Assembly: GCA_009886755.1 (NCBI GenBank)
Contig: QXYU01000038.1
Coordinates: forward strand, 88,000-151,999
Length of the DNA stretch: 64,000 nt
Origin: Flavobacteriaceae bacterium
Lineage (GTDB): Bacteria; Bacteroidota; Bacteroidia; Flavobacteriales; Flavobacteriaceae
Direction: 5' to 3'
Positions 8,622 through 18,224 of the stretch are shown piece by piece. The notes under the pieces are model-generated. The model was not told the DNA's origin, did not search any database, and saw only the letters and a program-made list of their open reading frames with translations. Position 1 is the first letter of the stretch; each line of letters begins with the position of its first letter. Both the position numbers and the translations under genes were made by a program.

Positions 8622-10027
8622 CAAAAAAAGCCAGTTGGGGAATCTTAGGAATGGGTGTAATGGGAACGAGTTTGAGTCGGAATCTTGCTCAAAAGGGTCT
8701 TTCCTTGGCGCTTTATAACCGATATTTGAAGGGAGAAGAAGAAGGTGTTGCTGCCGAGCGATGCCAAACCTATCCCGAGTTGGAAACGGCCCAGCCTTTT
8801 GAAGAACTCGCAGCTTTTGTAGGGGCGCTTGAGAGTCCGCGAAAAATTTTGGTGATGGTTCCTTCTGGGCCAGCAATCGAATCTGTTTTAGAACAACTGT
8901 TGACACTATTAGCCCCTGGAGACATTCTAATTGATGGGGGGAATTCGCATTTTGAGGCTACTGAAAAAAGAGATGAGCGTTTTACCGCGGCTGGAATTTC
9001 CTTTTTAGGAATGGGTGTTTCGGGAGGGGAAGAAGGTGCCTTAAAAGGGCCTGCTCTGATGGTTGGTGGTCATGCCGAAGCTTTTGGCCGTGTGCAAAAA
9101 GACTTGGCGCAAATGGCAGCCAAAAACAGTCAGGGGGTCCCCTGTTTGGGTTATTTTGGTCGAGGAGGCGCTGGACATTACGTCAAAATGGTGCACAATG
9201 GAGTCGAATATGCCGAAATGCAACTCTTAGCAGAGGTTTACGAATGCTTACTTACGCAAGAGAACCCGTCTTGGAATCTTTTTGCCGAATGGCAACAAAC
9301 GGAAAGTCAAAGCTATTTACTAGGAATCACTGCATCCATTGTTACCTATCGTGAAAACGAAGCCTTGGTAATTGAACAAATTTTAGACAAAACCCGCCAC
9401 AAAGGAACCGGTTCTTGGTCCTCAACAAGCGCCATTGCACAAGGAGCTCCTGCCACACTTATGCAGGCAGCACTCAACGCGCGATTTACGGCTTCTCAAA
9501 AGGAATACCGAAGCAAGATGGCAGCGGAACTTACAACAATCAACACCAAGCCTCCAGTGCTTCGTGAGATAACTCTAAAAAAAGCCTACGACTTAGTCCG
9601 CTGGGTAAATCACCACCAAGGTTTCGAATTGCTAAAAGCAGCCAAGACAACCCATGCTTGGTCTTTCCCACTCTCAGAAGCGGCTAAGAGTTGGACGGCA
9701 GGCTGTATCATCCAATCGGAATTGATGCAGGAGTTAACCGATTTACTTGAGGAAAATCAAAATTTATTGGAAAGCTCTCGTTTTAAAAAATGCCATCAAG
9801 AAAATAGAACTGCTCTGGAAGAGTTGTTGACATGGGGTCTAAAAGCCAAAATCCCTCTCCCTGCTTTTTCTGCGGCCTGGCACTATCTTATGGCAATTTC
9901 GCAAGCGGATTCTAGTGGTAACTTTATTCAAGCCCAGCGCGATTTTTTTGGAGGGCACGGTCTGGAATGGAAAAATCCAAAGTCTAATAAAGGAAAGCAC
10001 GGTCCTTGGCATACCAAGCACTCATAA
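8618..10027 (+). CDS. gnd: 6-phosphogluconate dehydrogenase, decarboxylating
   Basis: 469 aa with N-terminal Rossmann motif WGILGMGVMGTSLSRNL and conserved GAGHYVKMVHNGVEYAEMQLLAE. The length is typical of Gnd. Confidence 0.93.
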   Translation: MTKKASWGILGMGVMGTSLSRNLAQKGLSLALYNRYLKGEEEGVAAERCQTYPELETAQPFEELAAFVGALESPRKILVMVPSGPAIESVLEQLLTLLAPGDILIDGGNSHFEATEKRDERFTAAGISFLGMGVSGGEEGALKGPALMVGGHAEAFGRVQKDLAQMAAKNSQGVPCLGYFGRGGAGHYVKMVHNGVEYAEMQLLAEVYECLLTQENPSWNLFAEWQQTESQSYLLGITASIVTYRENEALVIEQILDKTRHKGTGSWSSTSAIAQGAPATLMQAALNARFTASQKEYRSKMAAELTTINTKPPVLREITLKKAYDLVRWVNHHQGFELLKAAKTTHAWSFPLSEAAKSWTAGCIIQSELMQELTDLLEENQNLLESSRFKKCHQENRTALEELLTWGLKAKIPLPAFSAAWHYLMAISQADSSGNFIQAQRDFFGGHGLEWKNPKSNKGKHGPWHTKHS

Positions 10028-10048
10028 TACAAAATTAAAAACAGAAAC

Positions 10049-11041
10049 ATGAAAAAATTGCTACTACTCTCGTTGCTTGTCTTGGCAGCATGCACTTCAA
10101 CTGAGTCAAAGGACATAACCCTTTTGGACTCTAGCTTAAGCTCAATTCTTTCCGCTGATGCAAAGATTGAGTACCTAACAGACAAAGACTATGTGGTTTC
10201 GGAAGGGCCTGTATGGAGCGTAAAAAACAATGGTTTATTGTTTACAGACGTTGACAACAATAAGATGTTTTTGTGGCAGGAAGGGAAAGGAGTTAGTGTC
10301 TATATGGACCCAAGTGGCTATACGGGCTATGCTCCGACTTTTGAAAATGGGGAAAACGGAGCCAATGGGGTTATGTTATACAACGGTCAGTTGGTGTTAT
10401 GCCAACATGGAGATCGACGATTGGCTTATGTTGCTGGGATGGAGGGGACCACTCCATTATTTCGGACATTGGTCGATTCCTATGAAGGGAAACGTTTTAA
10501 CAGTCCTAATGATTTGGTGGCAAGTCGGATAGGAGATATTTATTTTACCGATCCGCCCTATGGTCTTTACAATAAAGAAACTCGAAGTTTTGACGAAGAA
10601 CTGTATCGCGAATTACCATTTCAAGGGGTTTATCGCTATAGTGCATCGGGAGAATTGACACTTATTAGTAAAGAGATGACCCGCCCTAATGGGATTGCTT
10701 TGTCATTGGACGAATCGTATTTGTATGTAAATAATTCAGACAGGAATAATCCAGTAATGATGCGCTATAATATAAAAAATGACTGGGCGGGAGAGGTCTT
10801 TTTCGACGGAACCGAATGGAGCAATAAACACGAAGGTGGTTTTGATGGAATGAAAGTTCATTCTTCAGGAAATATTTTCACTACGGCTCCTAATGGGCTT
10901 TTGGTGCTCTCTCCCACAGGGGAGCTTCGAGGAACCATAAACTTCGGAGGACCAGTGACAAACTGCGCCTTTGGACCGGAGGAAAAATATCTTTATGTAA
11001 CCACTTTTGGTAGAGTAGCACGAATCAAACTGCAACCCTAA
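10049..11041 (+). CDS. SMP-30/gluconolactonase/LRE-family lipoprotein
   Basis: 330 aa with lipoprotein signal LLVLAACTS. Family-like segments are SEGPVW, NSPNDL, FTDPPYG, RPNGIALS and DGMKVH. It sits directly downstream of gntK-gnd. Confidence 0.8.
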   Translation: MKKLLLLSLLVLAACTSTESKDITLLDSSLSSILSADAKIEYLTDKDYVVSEGPVWSVKNNGLLFTDVDNNKMFLWQEGKGVSVYMDPSGYTGYAPTFENGENGANGVMLYNGQLVLCQHGDRRLAYVAGMEGTTPLFRTLVDSYEGKRFNSPNDLVASRIGDIYFTDPPYGLYNKETRSFDEELYRELPFQGVYRYSASGELTLISKEMTRPNGIALSLDESYLYVNNSDRNNPVMMRYNIKNDWAGEVFFDGTEWSNKHEGGFDGMKVHSSGNIFTTAPNGLLVLSPTGELRGTINFGGPVTNCAFGPEEKYLYVTTFGRVARIKLQP

Positions 11042-11042
11042 A

Positions 11043-11303
11043 ATGGAAACAGAAGCGGTTCTTGCTTTGGGATGGCAACACACCCCAAAGGGTTTTGTCA
11101 AGCGTTTTGATTTTTTGGATTTTAAAGAAGCGCTGTCTTTTATCAACCGAGTAGGAGATTTCTCCGAAGCCCACCAACATCATCCTGAAATTATCAATAA
11201 TTACAACCTTGTGAGGTTGAGGCTGTGGACGCATGACACGGATTCATTAACGGAAAAAGATGTTCACTGGGTACTTGCTTTTGAAAAGCAAGATCAGCAT
11301 TAA
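11043..11303 (+). CDS. pterin-4a-carbinolamine dehydratase (PCD/DCoH)
   Basis: 86 aa with the PCD signature FSEAHQHHPEIINNYNLVRLRLWTH. It starts 1 nt after the lactonase stop. Confidence 0.88.
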   Translation: METEAVLALGWQHTPKGFVKRFDFLDFKEALSFINRVGDFSEAHQHHPEIINNYNLVRLRLWTHDTDSLTEKDVHWVLAFEKQDQH

Positions 11304-12064
11304 GGCTGACCCATAGCATAGCTTATTCCTTTTTGGAGTAATTGGATAAAGCGAGGATCTTCATAGGTTGATTTTTTATGCCCTAGTCCGGTATAAAAAG
11401 AACGGCCTCCATCAAAATCATGATACCAAGTGATGGGATGCCTATAGCCATTGTTCCCTCCCTCATAACTACTTTCTTCTAAATTGAGGAGTGGAATAAT
11501 CGCTTCATTTTGAAAGGTGTAATTATACCACTCATCGTCAATTGACCAAGATGCCGGCAGGTGACGGGTGAATTGGTTGTCCGTTTCCAAGGTGGTCAGG
11601 GTGGCCCTTGGGGTTCCAACAGGATGAGATTCAAAATAAGCTCCAACGAGTTGACCGTACCACGGCCAGTCATATTCGGTATCGGCAGCAGCATGAATCC
11701 CTACATAGCCTCCACCATTTTGGATGTAATTTTTAACTAAGGCTTCCTGTTGGCTGTTAAAAATATCTAAGGTTGTACATAAAAAAACCAGTGCATCTAG
11801 GGATGAAAAGTCAGCACTTTCCAGAGCAGTACTCTGACTGGTATGGAGTACGTTAAACCCATTCTCTTTTCCCAATGCGATAAGAAGTTCTTTTCCAGCA
11901 GGAATGGCTTCTTCATGAACATAACCGTCCGTAACGGTCAAAACCAACACGGTTTGAGCATTCGAAGCATCAAAATAAAGGTTTTCCAGAGAGTCCTGTG
12001 CTTGACATCCACAGCTTAGGTATAGTGCTAAAAAGCATAGAAATATATTAGTTTTCATACACAA
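11300..12064 (-). CDS. ThuA-domain protein (lipoprotein)
   Basis: 254 aa with lipoprotein-like N-terminus FLALYLSCGCQ. ThuA-like segments are GGGYVGIHAAADT, WPWYGQLVGAYFESHP, PITWYH and SFYTGLGH. Confidence 0.8.
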   Translation of the reverse strand: MCMKTNIFLCFLALYLSCGCQAQDSLENLYFDASNAQTVLVLTVTDGYVHEEAIPAGKELLIALGKENGFNVLHTSQSTALESADFSSLDALVFLCTTLDIFNSQQEALVKNYIQNGGGYVGIHAAADTEYDWPWYGQLVGAYFESHPVGTPRATLTTLETDNQFTRHLPASWSIDDEWYNYTFQNEAIIPLLNLEESSYEGGNNGYRHPITWYHDFDGGRSFYTGLGHKKSTYEDPRFIQLLQKGISYAMGQP

Positions 12065-12314
12065 TTATACGGCTTTTTTGGGCATCGAATCGGTGGCTTC
12101 CCCCCATAACAATAGGAGTTTGTTAAAGTTGAAATCACAGACCAAAATAGAGCCCAAGATCAGACTCGGAGACCATACGCGCTCCGAAAGTAGTACCAAG
12201 GTTAGCGGGGGATAAAAATAAAAAAAGAAGCAAGAAAATTCCAAGAGGTTTCATTAGGCGTATTTATTCCTTTAATTTTGATAGTATACAATTAACAAAC
12301 CCCTTTAAAATTCT

Positions 12315-12686
12315 TTGATGAAAAAACACACACTGCAATTGTCATTTTTAGCTCAAACGACCGATGTAAATTATAGAGGAACTGTGCACGGGGGTAAAGT
12401 AATGAAGTGGATTGACGAGGCGGGCTATGCACTTGCAGCACAGCACACCCAAAAATATTGTGTCACCAAGTTTGTGGATGATATTGAGTTTAAAAATCCA
12501 ATATCGATTGGTGATTTGGTATTGGTGGAAGCTTCCGTACTTCGGTCGGGAACCACATCTATCCGAATTCATGTGACGGTTGCCAGTGAAAACTTAATTG
12601 AAGGAGAGCGCAAAGACAACTGTGCTTGTGACATCGTATTTGTTGCCCTGGATGAGCAGGGCAACAAAATAGCGATTACAGCTTAA
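12315..12686 (+). CDS. acyl-CoA thioesterase (hotdog fold)
   Basis: 123 aa with a YciA/BFIT-type segment DVNYRGTVHGGKVMKWIDEAGY. It is convergent with etfA and overlaps it by 4 nt. Confidence 0.85.
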   Translation: MMKKHTLQLSFLAQTTDVNYRGTVHGGKVMKWIDEAGYALAAQHTQKYCVTKFVDDIEFKNPISIGDLVLVEASVLRSGTTSIRIHVTVASENLIEGERKDNCACDIVFVALDEQGNKIAITA

Positions 12687-13639
12687 GCATTTTCAGCTTG
12701 AAAACTTTTTAATTTTTCGATCATTTTTGGAACGACCTCAAAGGCATCACCAACCACACCATAGTCTGCAGCCTTAAAAAAAGGCGCTTCGGGGTCATTA
12801 TTGATTACTACTTTTACTTTGGAGGAATTGATTCCTGCTAAGTGTTGAATGGCTCCGGAAACTCCAATGGCAATGTACAAATTGGAAGCAACAGGTTTTC
12901 CCGTTTGCCCCACATGTTCACTGTGTGGGCGCCATCCCATGTCTGAAACAGGTTTGGAGCAGGCTGTAGCAGCCCCTAGTGTATTGGCCAGATCTTCAAT
13001 CAAATGCCAATTTTCAGGACCTTTCAGTCCGCGACCTCCAGAGACCACGATTTCAGCATCGGCAATGGTTACGGTGTCGGTTGCTTTGTCTAGGGTGGTA
13101 ACTTTCATGTCAGATGTTACGCCTGCAGGACTAAAATTGGTGATTGTTGCCGTGGTTGGATTTTCATGAACTCCAAAGGCGTTTTTGGAAAGCCCTACCA
13201 TTTTAGCCTGTGTTGTAATTTCACTCACACTAAAAGCCTTGTTGGTAAAAACAGATCGTTTGACCTGAAAAGGATTGCTGCTGATCGGGGCACCAACGAC
13301 ATTGGTCACATATCCAGCGTCTAGAGCTACAGCAACAAGAGGGGCTAAAAAACGACTGTCTGCACTGGAGCTTACAGCAATCGTTTGAGCTTCTTTGCTT
13401 TTGGCAGCTTCACTCAGAATAGCAGCGTATTGTTGGGCGTTAAAATCCCCTTGATATGAAGTCGCAAGAACTTCATTGACCCCGTAGGTGCCAAGTAAGT
13501 CATTGTTGTCACAGTTTATCGTTACGGCCACAAGATTTGTGTTCAATTGGTCGGCAATGGCTTTTCCAAAAGAGGCGAGTTCCAACGCAATTTTTTTCAA
13601 TTGTCCATTTTCAGATTCGGCATATACAAGTACAGACAT
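12683..13639 (-). CDS. etfA: electron transfer flavoprotein subunit alpha
   Basis: 318 aa. C-terminal FAD-domain segments IVVSGGRGL, ACSKPVSDMGW and VGQTGKPVASNLYIAIGVSGAIQHLAG are present. Confidence 0.93.
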   Translation of the reverse strand: MSVLVYAESENGQLKKIALELASFGKAIADQLNTNLVAVTINCDNNDLLGTYGVNEVLATSYQGDFNAQQYAAILSEAAKSKEAQTIAVSSSADSRFLAPLVAVALDAGYVTNVVGAPISSNPFQVKRSVFTNKAFSVSEITTQAKMVGLSKNAFGVHENPTTATITNFSPAGVTSDMKVTTLDKATDTVTIADAEIVVSGGRGLKGPENWHLIEDLANTLGAATACSKPVSDMGWRPHSEHVGQTGKPVASNLYIAIGVSGAIQHLAGINSSKVKVVINNDPEAPFFKAADYGVVGDAFEVVPKMIEKLKSFQAENA

Positions 13640-13655
13640 AATGCAATATTTTAAG

Positions 13656-14402
13656 TTAGATTACTTTGGCTTCGTTGTGAAGCAAAGAAATAAGTTCGTC
13701 AATGTTTTCAGGGTCAACTAATTTCACAGCGCCTTTAGGCGCTGGTTTTTCGAAGGAAACGGTTTGAACCTGTTGCCCTTCTTGAGTCGGTTCTACCACG
13801 GTAAGCGGCTTTTTACGAGCCATCATGATTCCGCGCATATTGGGTATTCGAAGATCACTTTCCTCCACAAGTCCTTTTTGTGCCCCAATTACAAGAGGTA
13901 ATGGAGAGGTAATGGTTTCTTTACCACCATCCATTTCTCGAATGGCTGTAGCTTGGTTGCCCTCTATCTCGAGTCCAATGCAATTGTTTAAATAATTCAT
14001 GCCAGTGAGTGCAGCGATCATACCGGGTACCATGCCCCCATTGTAGTCAATGGACTCACGACCGGCGATCACAAGATCGTAGCTGTTTTCTTGCATGACA
14101 GCATCAATCTCCTTGGCCACTTGTTGGGCATCACGAGCAGTGGCATTAACACGTATAGCATTGTCTGCACCAATGGCTAGGGCTTTTCGTAATGTAGCTT
14201 CGGTTTCGGCAGTCCCCACACTGATAACATCTACTGAGGCACCGCTTTTTTCTTTGAACCACATGGCTCGGGTCAATCCAAATTCATCGTTTGGATTGAT
14301 GATGTACTGAACCCCTTGAGTGTCAAATTGCGTATCGTTTTCCACAAAGTTGATCTTCGAAGTGGTATCCGGTACATGACTAATACAGACTAGGATTTTC
14401 AT
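13656..14402 (-). CDS. etfB: electron transfer flavoprotein subunit beta
   Basis: 248 aa with MKILVCISHVPDT, NPNDEFGLTRA and DLVIAGRESIDYN. It lies immediately upstream of etfA. Confidence 0.93.
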   Translation of the reverse strand: MKILVCISHVPDTTSKINFVENDTQFDTQGVQYIINPNDEFGLTRAMWFKEKSGASVDVISVGTAETEATLRKALAIGADNAIRVNATARDAQQVAKEIDAVMQENSYDLVIAGRESIDYNGGMVPGMIAALTGMNYLNNCIGLEIEGNQATAIREMDGGKETITSPLPLVIGAQKGLVEESDLRIPNMRGIMMARKKPLTVVEPTQEGQQVQTVSFEKPAPKGAVKLVDPENIDELISLLHNEAKVI

Positions 14403-14420
14403 ATTTTCTGTGATTTAAAT

Positions 14421-15581
14421 TTATATGGGCAAGGCGAGTTCTCCCCTGCGTATGTTTCTTGCGATTATGATTTTGTGAATTTCTGAGGTCCCCTCATATA
14501 TTTGAGTAATCTTAGCATCCCGCATCAGGCGTTCTACATGATATTCTTTTACATAGCCATTTCCTCCGTGAATTTGAACGGCTTCCACGGTGTGTTTCAT
14601 AGCGACGTCGGAGGCTTTTAGCTTGGCCATAGCGCTGGCATAGCCATAGGGTTCTCCGCTGTCTTTTAGATAGGCTGCTCGATAGACCAACATTCTCGCG
14701 GCTTCGATATCCATAGCCATTTCTGCCAGTTTAAAAGCAATAGCTTGGTGGTCGGCTATAGGTTTTCCAAAAGAAGAACGAATGGTGGAATAGTTGGCAG
14801 AAAGTTCATAGGCACCTGCGGCAATCCCTAACGCCTGTGCGGCAATCCCGATGCGTCCTCCTTCCAGAATTTGCATGGCGAGTTTGAACCCAAAACCGTC
14901 GGCTCCAATTCGGTTTTGCTTAGGAACCTTTACATCGGTATAATTGATCGAATGAGTGTCCGAGGAACGAATGCCAAGTTTGTCTTCTTTAGGGCCTACC
15001 GTAACTCCTTCCCAGTTTTTTTCAACGATAAAAGCGTTGATGCCACGGTGTTTTTTATCGGGATCGGTTTGGGCAATAACCAGTTGGTAATCGGCTTTGC
15101 CGCCATTGGTAATCCAGTTCTTAACGCCGTTGAGAAGATAAAAATCTCCTTTGTCTTCGGCGGTTGTTCTTTGCATGCTGGCATCACTCCCAGCTTCAGG
15201 TTCTGACAAACAAAAGCAACCAATGTTTTTACCTTGGGCCAAAGGGGTTAGATAGGTTTCTTTTTGGGTGTCGGAGCCGTAGGCCTCAATAGCCCAAAGT
15301 GCTAGCGAATTATGTGCGCTCATAATAACCGCAGCACTTGCATCTATTTTTGAGATTTCCTCAAGGGCGAGGACATAAGAAAGGGCGTCCATACCGCTTC
15401 CACCATATTTCTCTGAAGTCATAATCCCCATAAAGCCCAAAGCACCCATTTCAGCAACCTGTTCACTGGGATGGATCATTTTTGAGTCTCGTTCAATAAC
15501 ACCTTCTAATAGGCGTGTTTTGGCGAACTCTCGAGCGGCCTGCTGGACGGCTTTGTGTTCTTCGGAGAGTTTAAAATCCAT
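14421..15581 (-). CDS. acyl-CoA dehydrogenase (short-chain/butyryl-CoA type)
   Basis: 386 aa with the ACAD pattern GCFCLSEPEAGSD and catalytic-base region ITQIYEGTSEI. Its length and position next to etfBA suggest a short-chain enzyme. Confidence 0.9.
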   Translation of the reverse strand: MDFKLSEEHKAVQQAAREFAKTRLLEGVIERDSKMIHPSEQVAEMGALGFMGIMTSEKYGGSGMDALSYVLALEEISKIDASAAVIMSAHNSLALWAIEAYGSDTQKETYLTPLAQGKNIGCFCLSEPEAGSDASMQRTTAEDKGDFYLLNGVKNWITNGGKADYQLVIAQTDPDKKHRGINAFIVEKNWEGVTVGPKEDKLGIRSSDTHSINYTDVKVPKQNRIGADGFGFKLAMQILEGGRIGIAAQALGIAAGAYELSANYSTIRSSFGKPIADHQAIAFKLAEMAMDIEAARMLVYRAAYLKDSGEPYGYASAMAKLKASDVAMKHTVEAVQIHGGNGYVKEYHVERLMRDAKITQIYEGTSEIHKIIIARNIRRGELALPI

Positions 15582-15584
15582 AAT

Positions 15585-16364
15585 TTAGTTTTTGAATTTA
15601 GCTTCTCGGTTTTCTATAAAGGCTTGAGTTCCTTCCTTAAATTCATCGGTGGCGGATAACTTACCAAAGGCTTTGATTTCTTCCTGAAAACCATTGCAGT
15701 TTTTGTTATAGTAAGCTGCGACCACATCTATCACTTTGGTGACTGCAGTGGTACCTTTGGATCCAATCAATTGTAGTATTTCTTTGGATTCGGAAACTGT
15801 TTTCCCGGGGGCTACTACCTTATTCAAAAGACCCCAATCCATCGCTTCCGAGGCGTTGATCATTCGTGCAGTAAGCATAATTTCTAGACTTCTTCCTTTC
15901 CCAACCAATTGCGGAAGTCGTTGGGTAGCACCATATCCTGGGATAATACCAAGATTGACTTCGGGATTGCCCAATCGGGTTTTTTCAGAACCAATTCTCA
16001 TATGACAGGCCAGGGCTATTTCAAAACCGCCCCCAAGCGCATACCCTTCAATGGCAGCAATCACAGGGATCGGACTATTTTCAATGGCAAACATCAACTC
16101 GTGCCCCAGGGCAGAAAGGGCTTCCATTTCTCGGGCATCCATTGTCCTAAACTCTTTGATATCGGCGCCTGCTGCAAATGCACGATCACCACTTCCGGTC
16201 AGGATCACTCCCTTGCAGGAATACGTTTTCAATTCCTTGACAAAGAAATGATGCAGCTCTCCGATCAGTTGTTTGTTGAGTGCATTCAGTGCTTTGGGTC
16301 GGTTGAGGGTAAGAACCAATATCGAATCGGATTGAATAACCTCAAAAAGTTTTTGGGTGGCCAT
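15585..16364 (-). CDS. enoyl-CoA hydratase (crotonase)
   Basis: 259 aa with crotonase-fold segments FAAGADIKEF and GYALGGGFEIALACHMRI. Confidence 0.92.
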   Translation of the reverse strand: MATQKLFEVIQSDSILVLTLNRPKALNALNKQLIGELHHFFVKELKTYSCKGVILTGSGDRAFAAGADIKEFRTMDAREMEALSALGHELMFAIENSPIPVIAAIEGYALGGGFEIALACHMRIGSEKTRLGNPEVNLGIIPGYGATQRLPQLVGKGRSLEIMLTARMINASEAMDWGLLNKVVAPGKTVSESKEILQLIGSKGTTAVTKVIDVVAAYYNKNCNGFQEEIKAFGKLSATDEFKEGTQAFIENREAKFKN

Positions 16365-16449
16365 ACGGTAATTTAGTCTTAGATCTTCTCAAATGTAGTG
16401 GCTAATCTATTGATAGAAAAATATTTCATCTATTTTTTTAGACACAGTG

Positions 16450-17319
16450 TCATTTTTTTTCAAACGAGTACATTTCCACACCCACAGCCAAAAGGATAAT
16501 GCTGCCGCCAAGAAGTGTTTGAGGCTTTGGAATTTCATCAAGCAATAGGGCTCCCATAAGAATGCCATAGAGAGGTTGTAAACAGCTGATAAGACTGGAG
16601 GTTGTAATGGAGAATTTTTGAAAGCTCTGTAGGAAAAGAGAGTGTCCGATGACGGTTGTGACAAGTGCAAGGAAAAAAAGCAGGCTTCCATATGAGATGA
16701 TAACCTCTTTGGGTGTTACAAAGTTCATTGGGAGTAGTGCTAGAGAAACAACAAATACTTGCGTAGCCATGAGTGCTGTTCCATTACTCTGCTTTGATAT
16801 TTTTTTGATGAAGAGGTTTCGGAAAGAGAAACACACGGCTGAAAATATGCCCATTCCGATGGCTAAGAATTGTTGATTTTCCCAGTTGACAGGAGGACTG
16901 ATAAGGTAGATTCCCAATAGCAATGCGAGTCCTAGGAAAAGGTGTTTGGGCTGAAAGCGGTCTTTTCCAAAAAGAGGTTCTAGAAAAGCGGTAAAAATGG
17001 GGAAGGTGTATAAGGACAACATTCCAATGGCGACACTTGACCATTGGAGTGCATAAAAATAGGTGATCCAATGAACTCCTAACAGCAAACCACTGACGAG
17101 AAGTGCTCCCGGAGCTTTCCTGAAAAGTGTCAAAAGGTTGTTCTGAGAAAACCAACAATAAAGAGTCAAACAAACAAAAGCAATTAGGGAACGCCAAAAA
17201 ATGGTTTGGGTGGGCTGGAGTAAAATAGACCGTCCGAGGACGCCAGAGGTGCTGATGCAAAATACTCCTATGTTAAGTAGGATCAAATGTTGTAAAGGAC
17301 CTTTTTTAGAGGGCCTCAT
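16450..17319 (-). CDS. EamA/DMT-family transporter
   Basis: 289 aa with about 10 hydrophobic helices in two repeats. Its ATG overlaps the hbd stop (ATGA at 17316-17319). Confidence 0.8.
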   Translation of the reverse strand: MRPSKKGPLQHLILLNIGVFCISTSGVLGRSILLQPTQTIFWRSLIAFVCLTLYCWFSQNNLLTLFRKAPGALLVSGLLLGVHWITYFYALQWSSVAIGMLSLYTFPIFTAFLEPLFGKDRFQPKHLFLGLALLLGIYLISPPVNWENQQFLAIGMGIFSAVCFSFRNLFIKKISKQSNGTALMATQVFVVSLALLPMNFVTPKEVIISYGSLLFFLALVTTVIGHSLFLQSFQKFSITTSSLISCLQPLYGILMGALLLDEIPKPQTLLGGSIILLAVGVEMYSFEKK

Positions 17320-18215
17320 GGTGTTTGGAATTGCCGAGCGACACTAGGATTTTTGAAGTCTTTGGTATAATTGTAAAATCCGATTCCTGTTTTTCTGCCC
17401 AAATGACCAGCGGCAACCAGCTTTCGAAGTAGCACAGAAGGCGCATATTTACTCTGACCGAATTCTTGATGAAGTACTTCCATAATAGCCAAACAAATAT
17501 CCAAACCGATAAAATCAGCCAATTGAAGTGGTCCCATTGGGTGCCCCATTCCAAGCTTCATGATATTGTCAATTTCTTCAACACAACTGACTCCCTGTAA
17601 GAGTGTTTCAATGGCTTCGTTAATCATGGGAATGGCAATCCGATTGGCTACAAAGCCAGGGGCATCCGAAACGACTAAAGGTGTTTTGTTGATTTGTTTG
17701 CTGAGTTGACAGATGGTGTCAATGACTTCCGGATCGGTATCATGCCCCTGTATAACTTCCACCAAAGGCATCATGGGGACGGGATTCATAAAATGCATGC
17801 CAATGACTTTCGCTGGGTTTTTACAGAGCGCCCCCAAGGCTGTGATGGAAAGTGAGGAAGTATTGCTGGCAAGAATGCAATTGTTCTTTCGGTAGTGTTC
17901 GATGTCTTTAAACACTTGTTTTTTAACGGCTTGATTTTCTGAAACTGCTTCAATAATGAGATCTGCTTGAGAAAAAGCGCGTTCTTTTTCCGTAGTTGTT
18001 TGGATATTACCCAAGCATTCGATTTTGAGGACTTCGGAGATTTTCCCTTTTTGCAATTGCCGATTGAGGTTTTTAGCAATTGTTTGAAGCGCCTTGTCTA
18101 GTTGCGCTGTAGCGGTATCATATAAAAGCACAGAAAAGCCATGTTGTGCAAAAGTATGCGCGATACCGTTCCCCATGGTACCGGCACCCACCACGGTGAG
18201 TTGTTTTATTTTCAT
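17316..18215 (-). CDS. hbd: 3-hydroxybutyryl-CoA / 3-hydroxyacyl-CoA dehydrogenase
   Basis: 299 aa with NAD-binding motif VVGAGTMGNGIA plus SNTSSLSIT and MHFMNPVPMMPLVEV. Confidence 0.92.
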   Translation of the reverse strand: MKIKQLTVVGAGTMGNGIAHTFAQHGFSVLLYDTATAQLDKALQTIAKNLNRQLQKGKISEVLKIECLGNIQTTTEKERAFSQADLIIEAVSENQAVKKQVFKDIEHYRKNNCILASNTSSLSITALGALCKNPAKVIGMHFMNPVPMMPLVEVIQGHDTDPEVIDTICQLSKQINKTPLVVSDAPGFVANRIAIPMINEAIETLLQGVSCVEEIDNIMKLGMGHPMGPLQLADFIGLDICLAIMEVLHQEFGQSKYAPSVLLRKLVAAGHLGRKTGIGFYNYTKDFKNPSVARQFQTP

Positions 18216-18224
18216 AGGAATTAT

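Noticed and set aside
12065-12314. A 38-codon minus-strand ORF with a signal-peptide-like start (MKPLGIFLLLFLFLSPANLG...) in the ThuA/thioesterase intergenic region.
   Set aside because: It is too short, ends abruptly, and has no supporting context. It could be a remnant or chance ORF and is not reportable as a gene.
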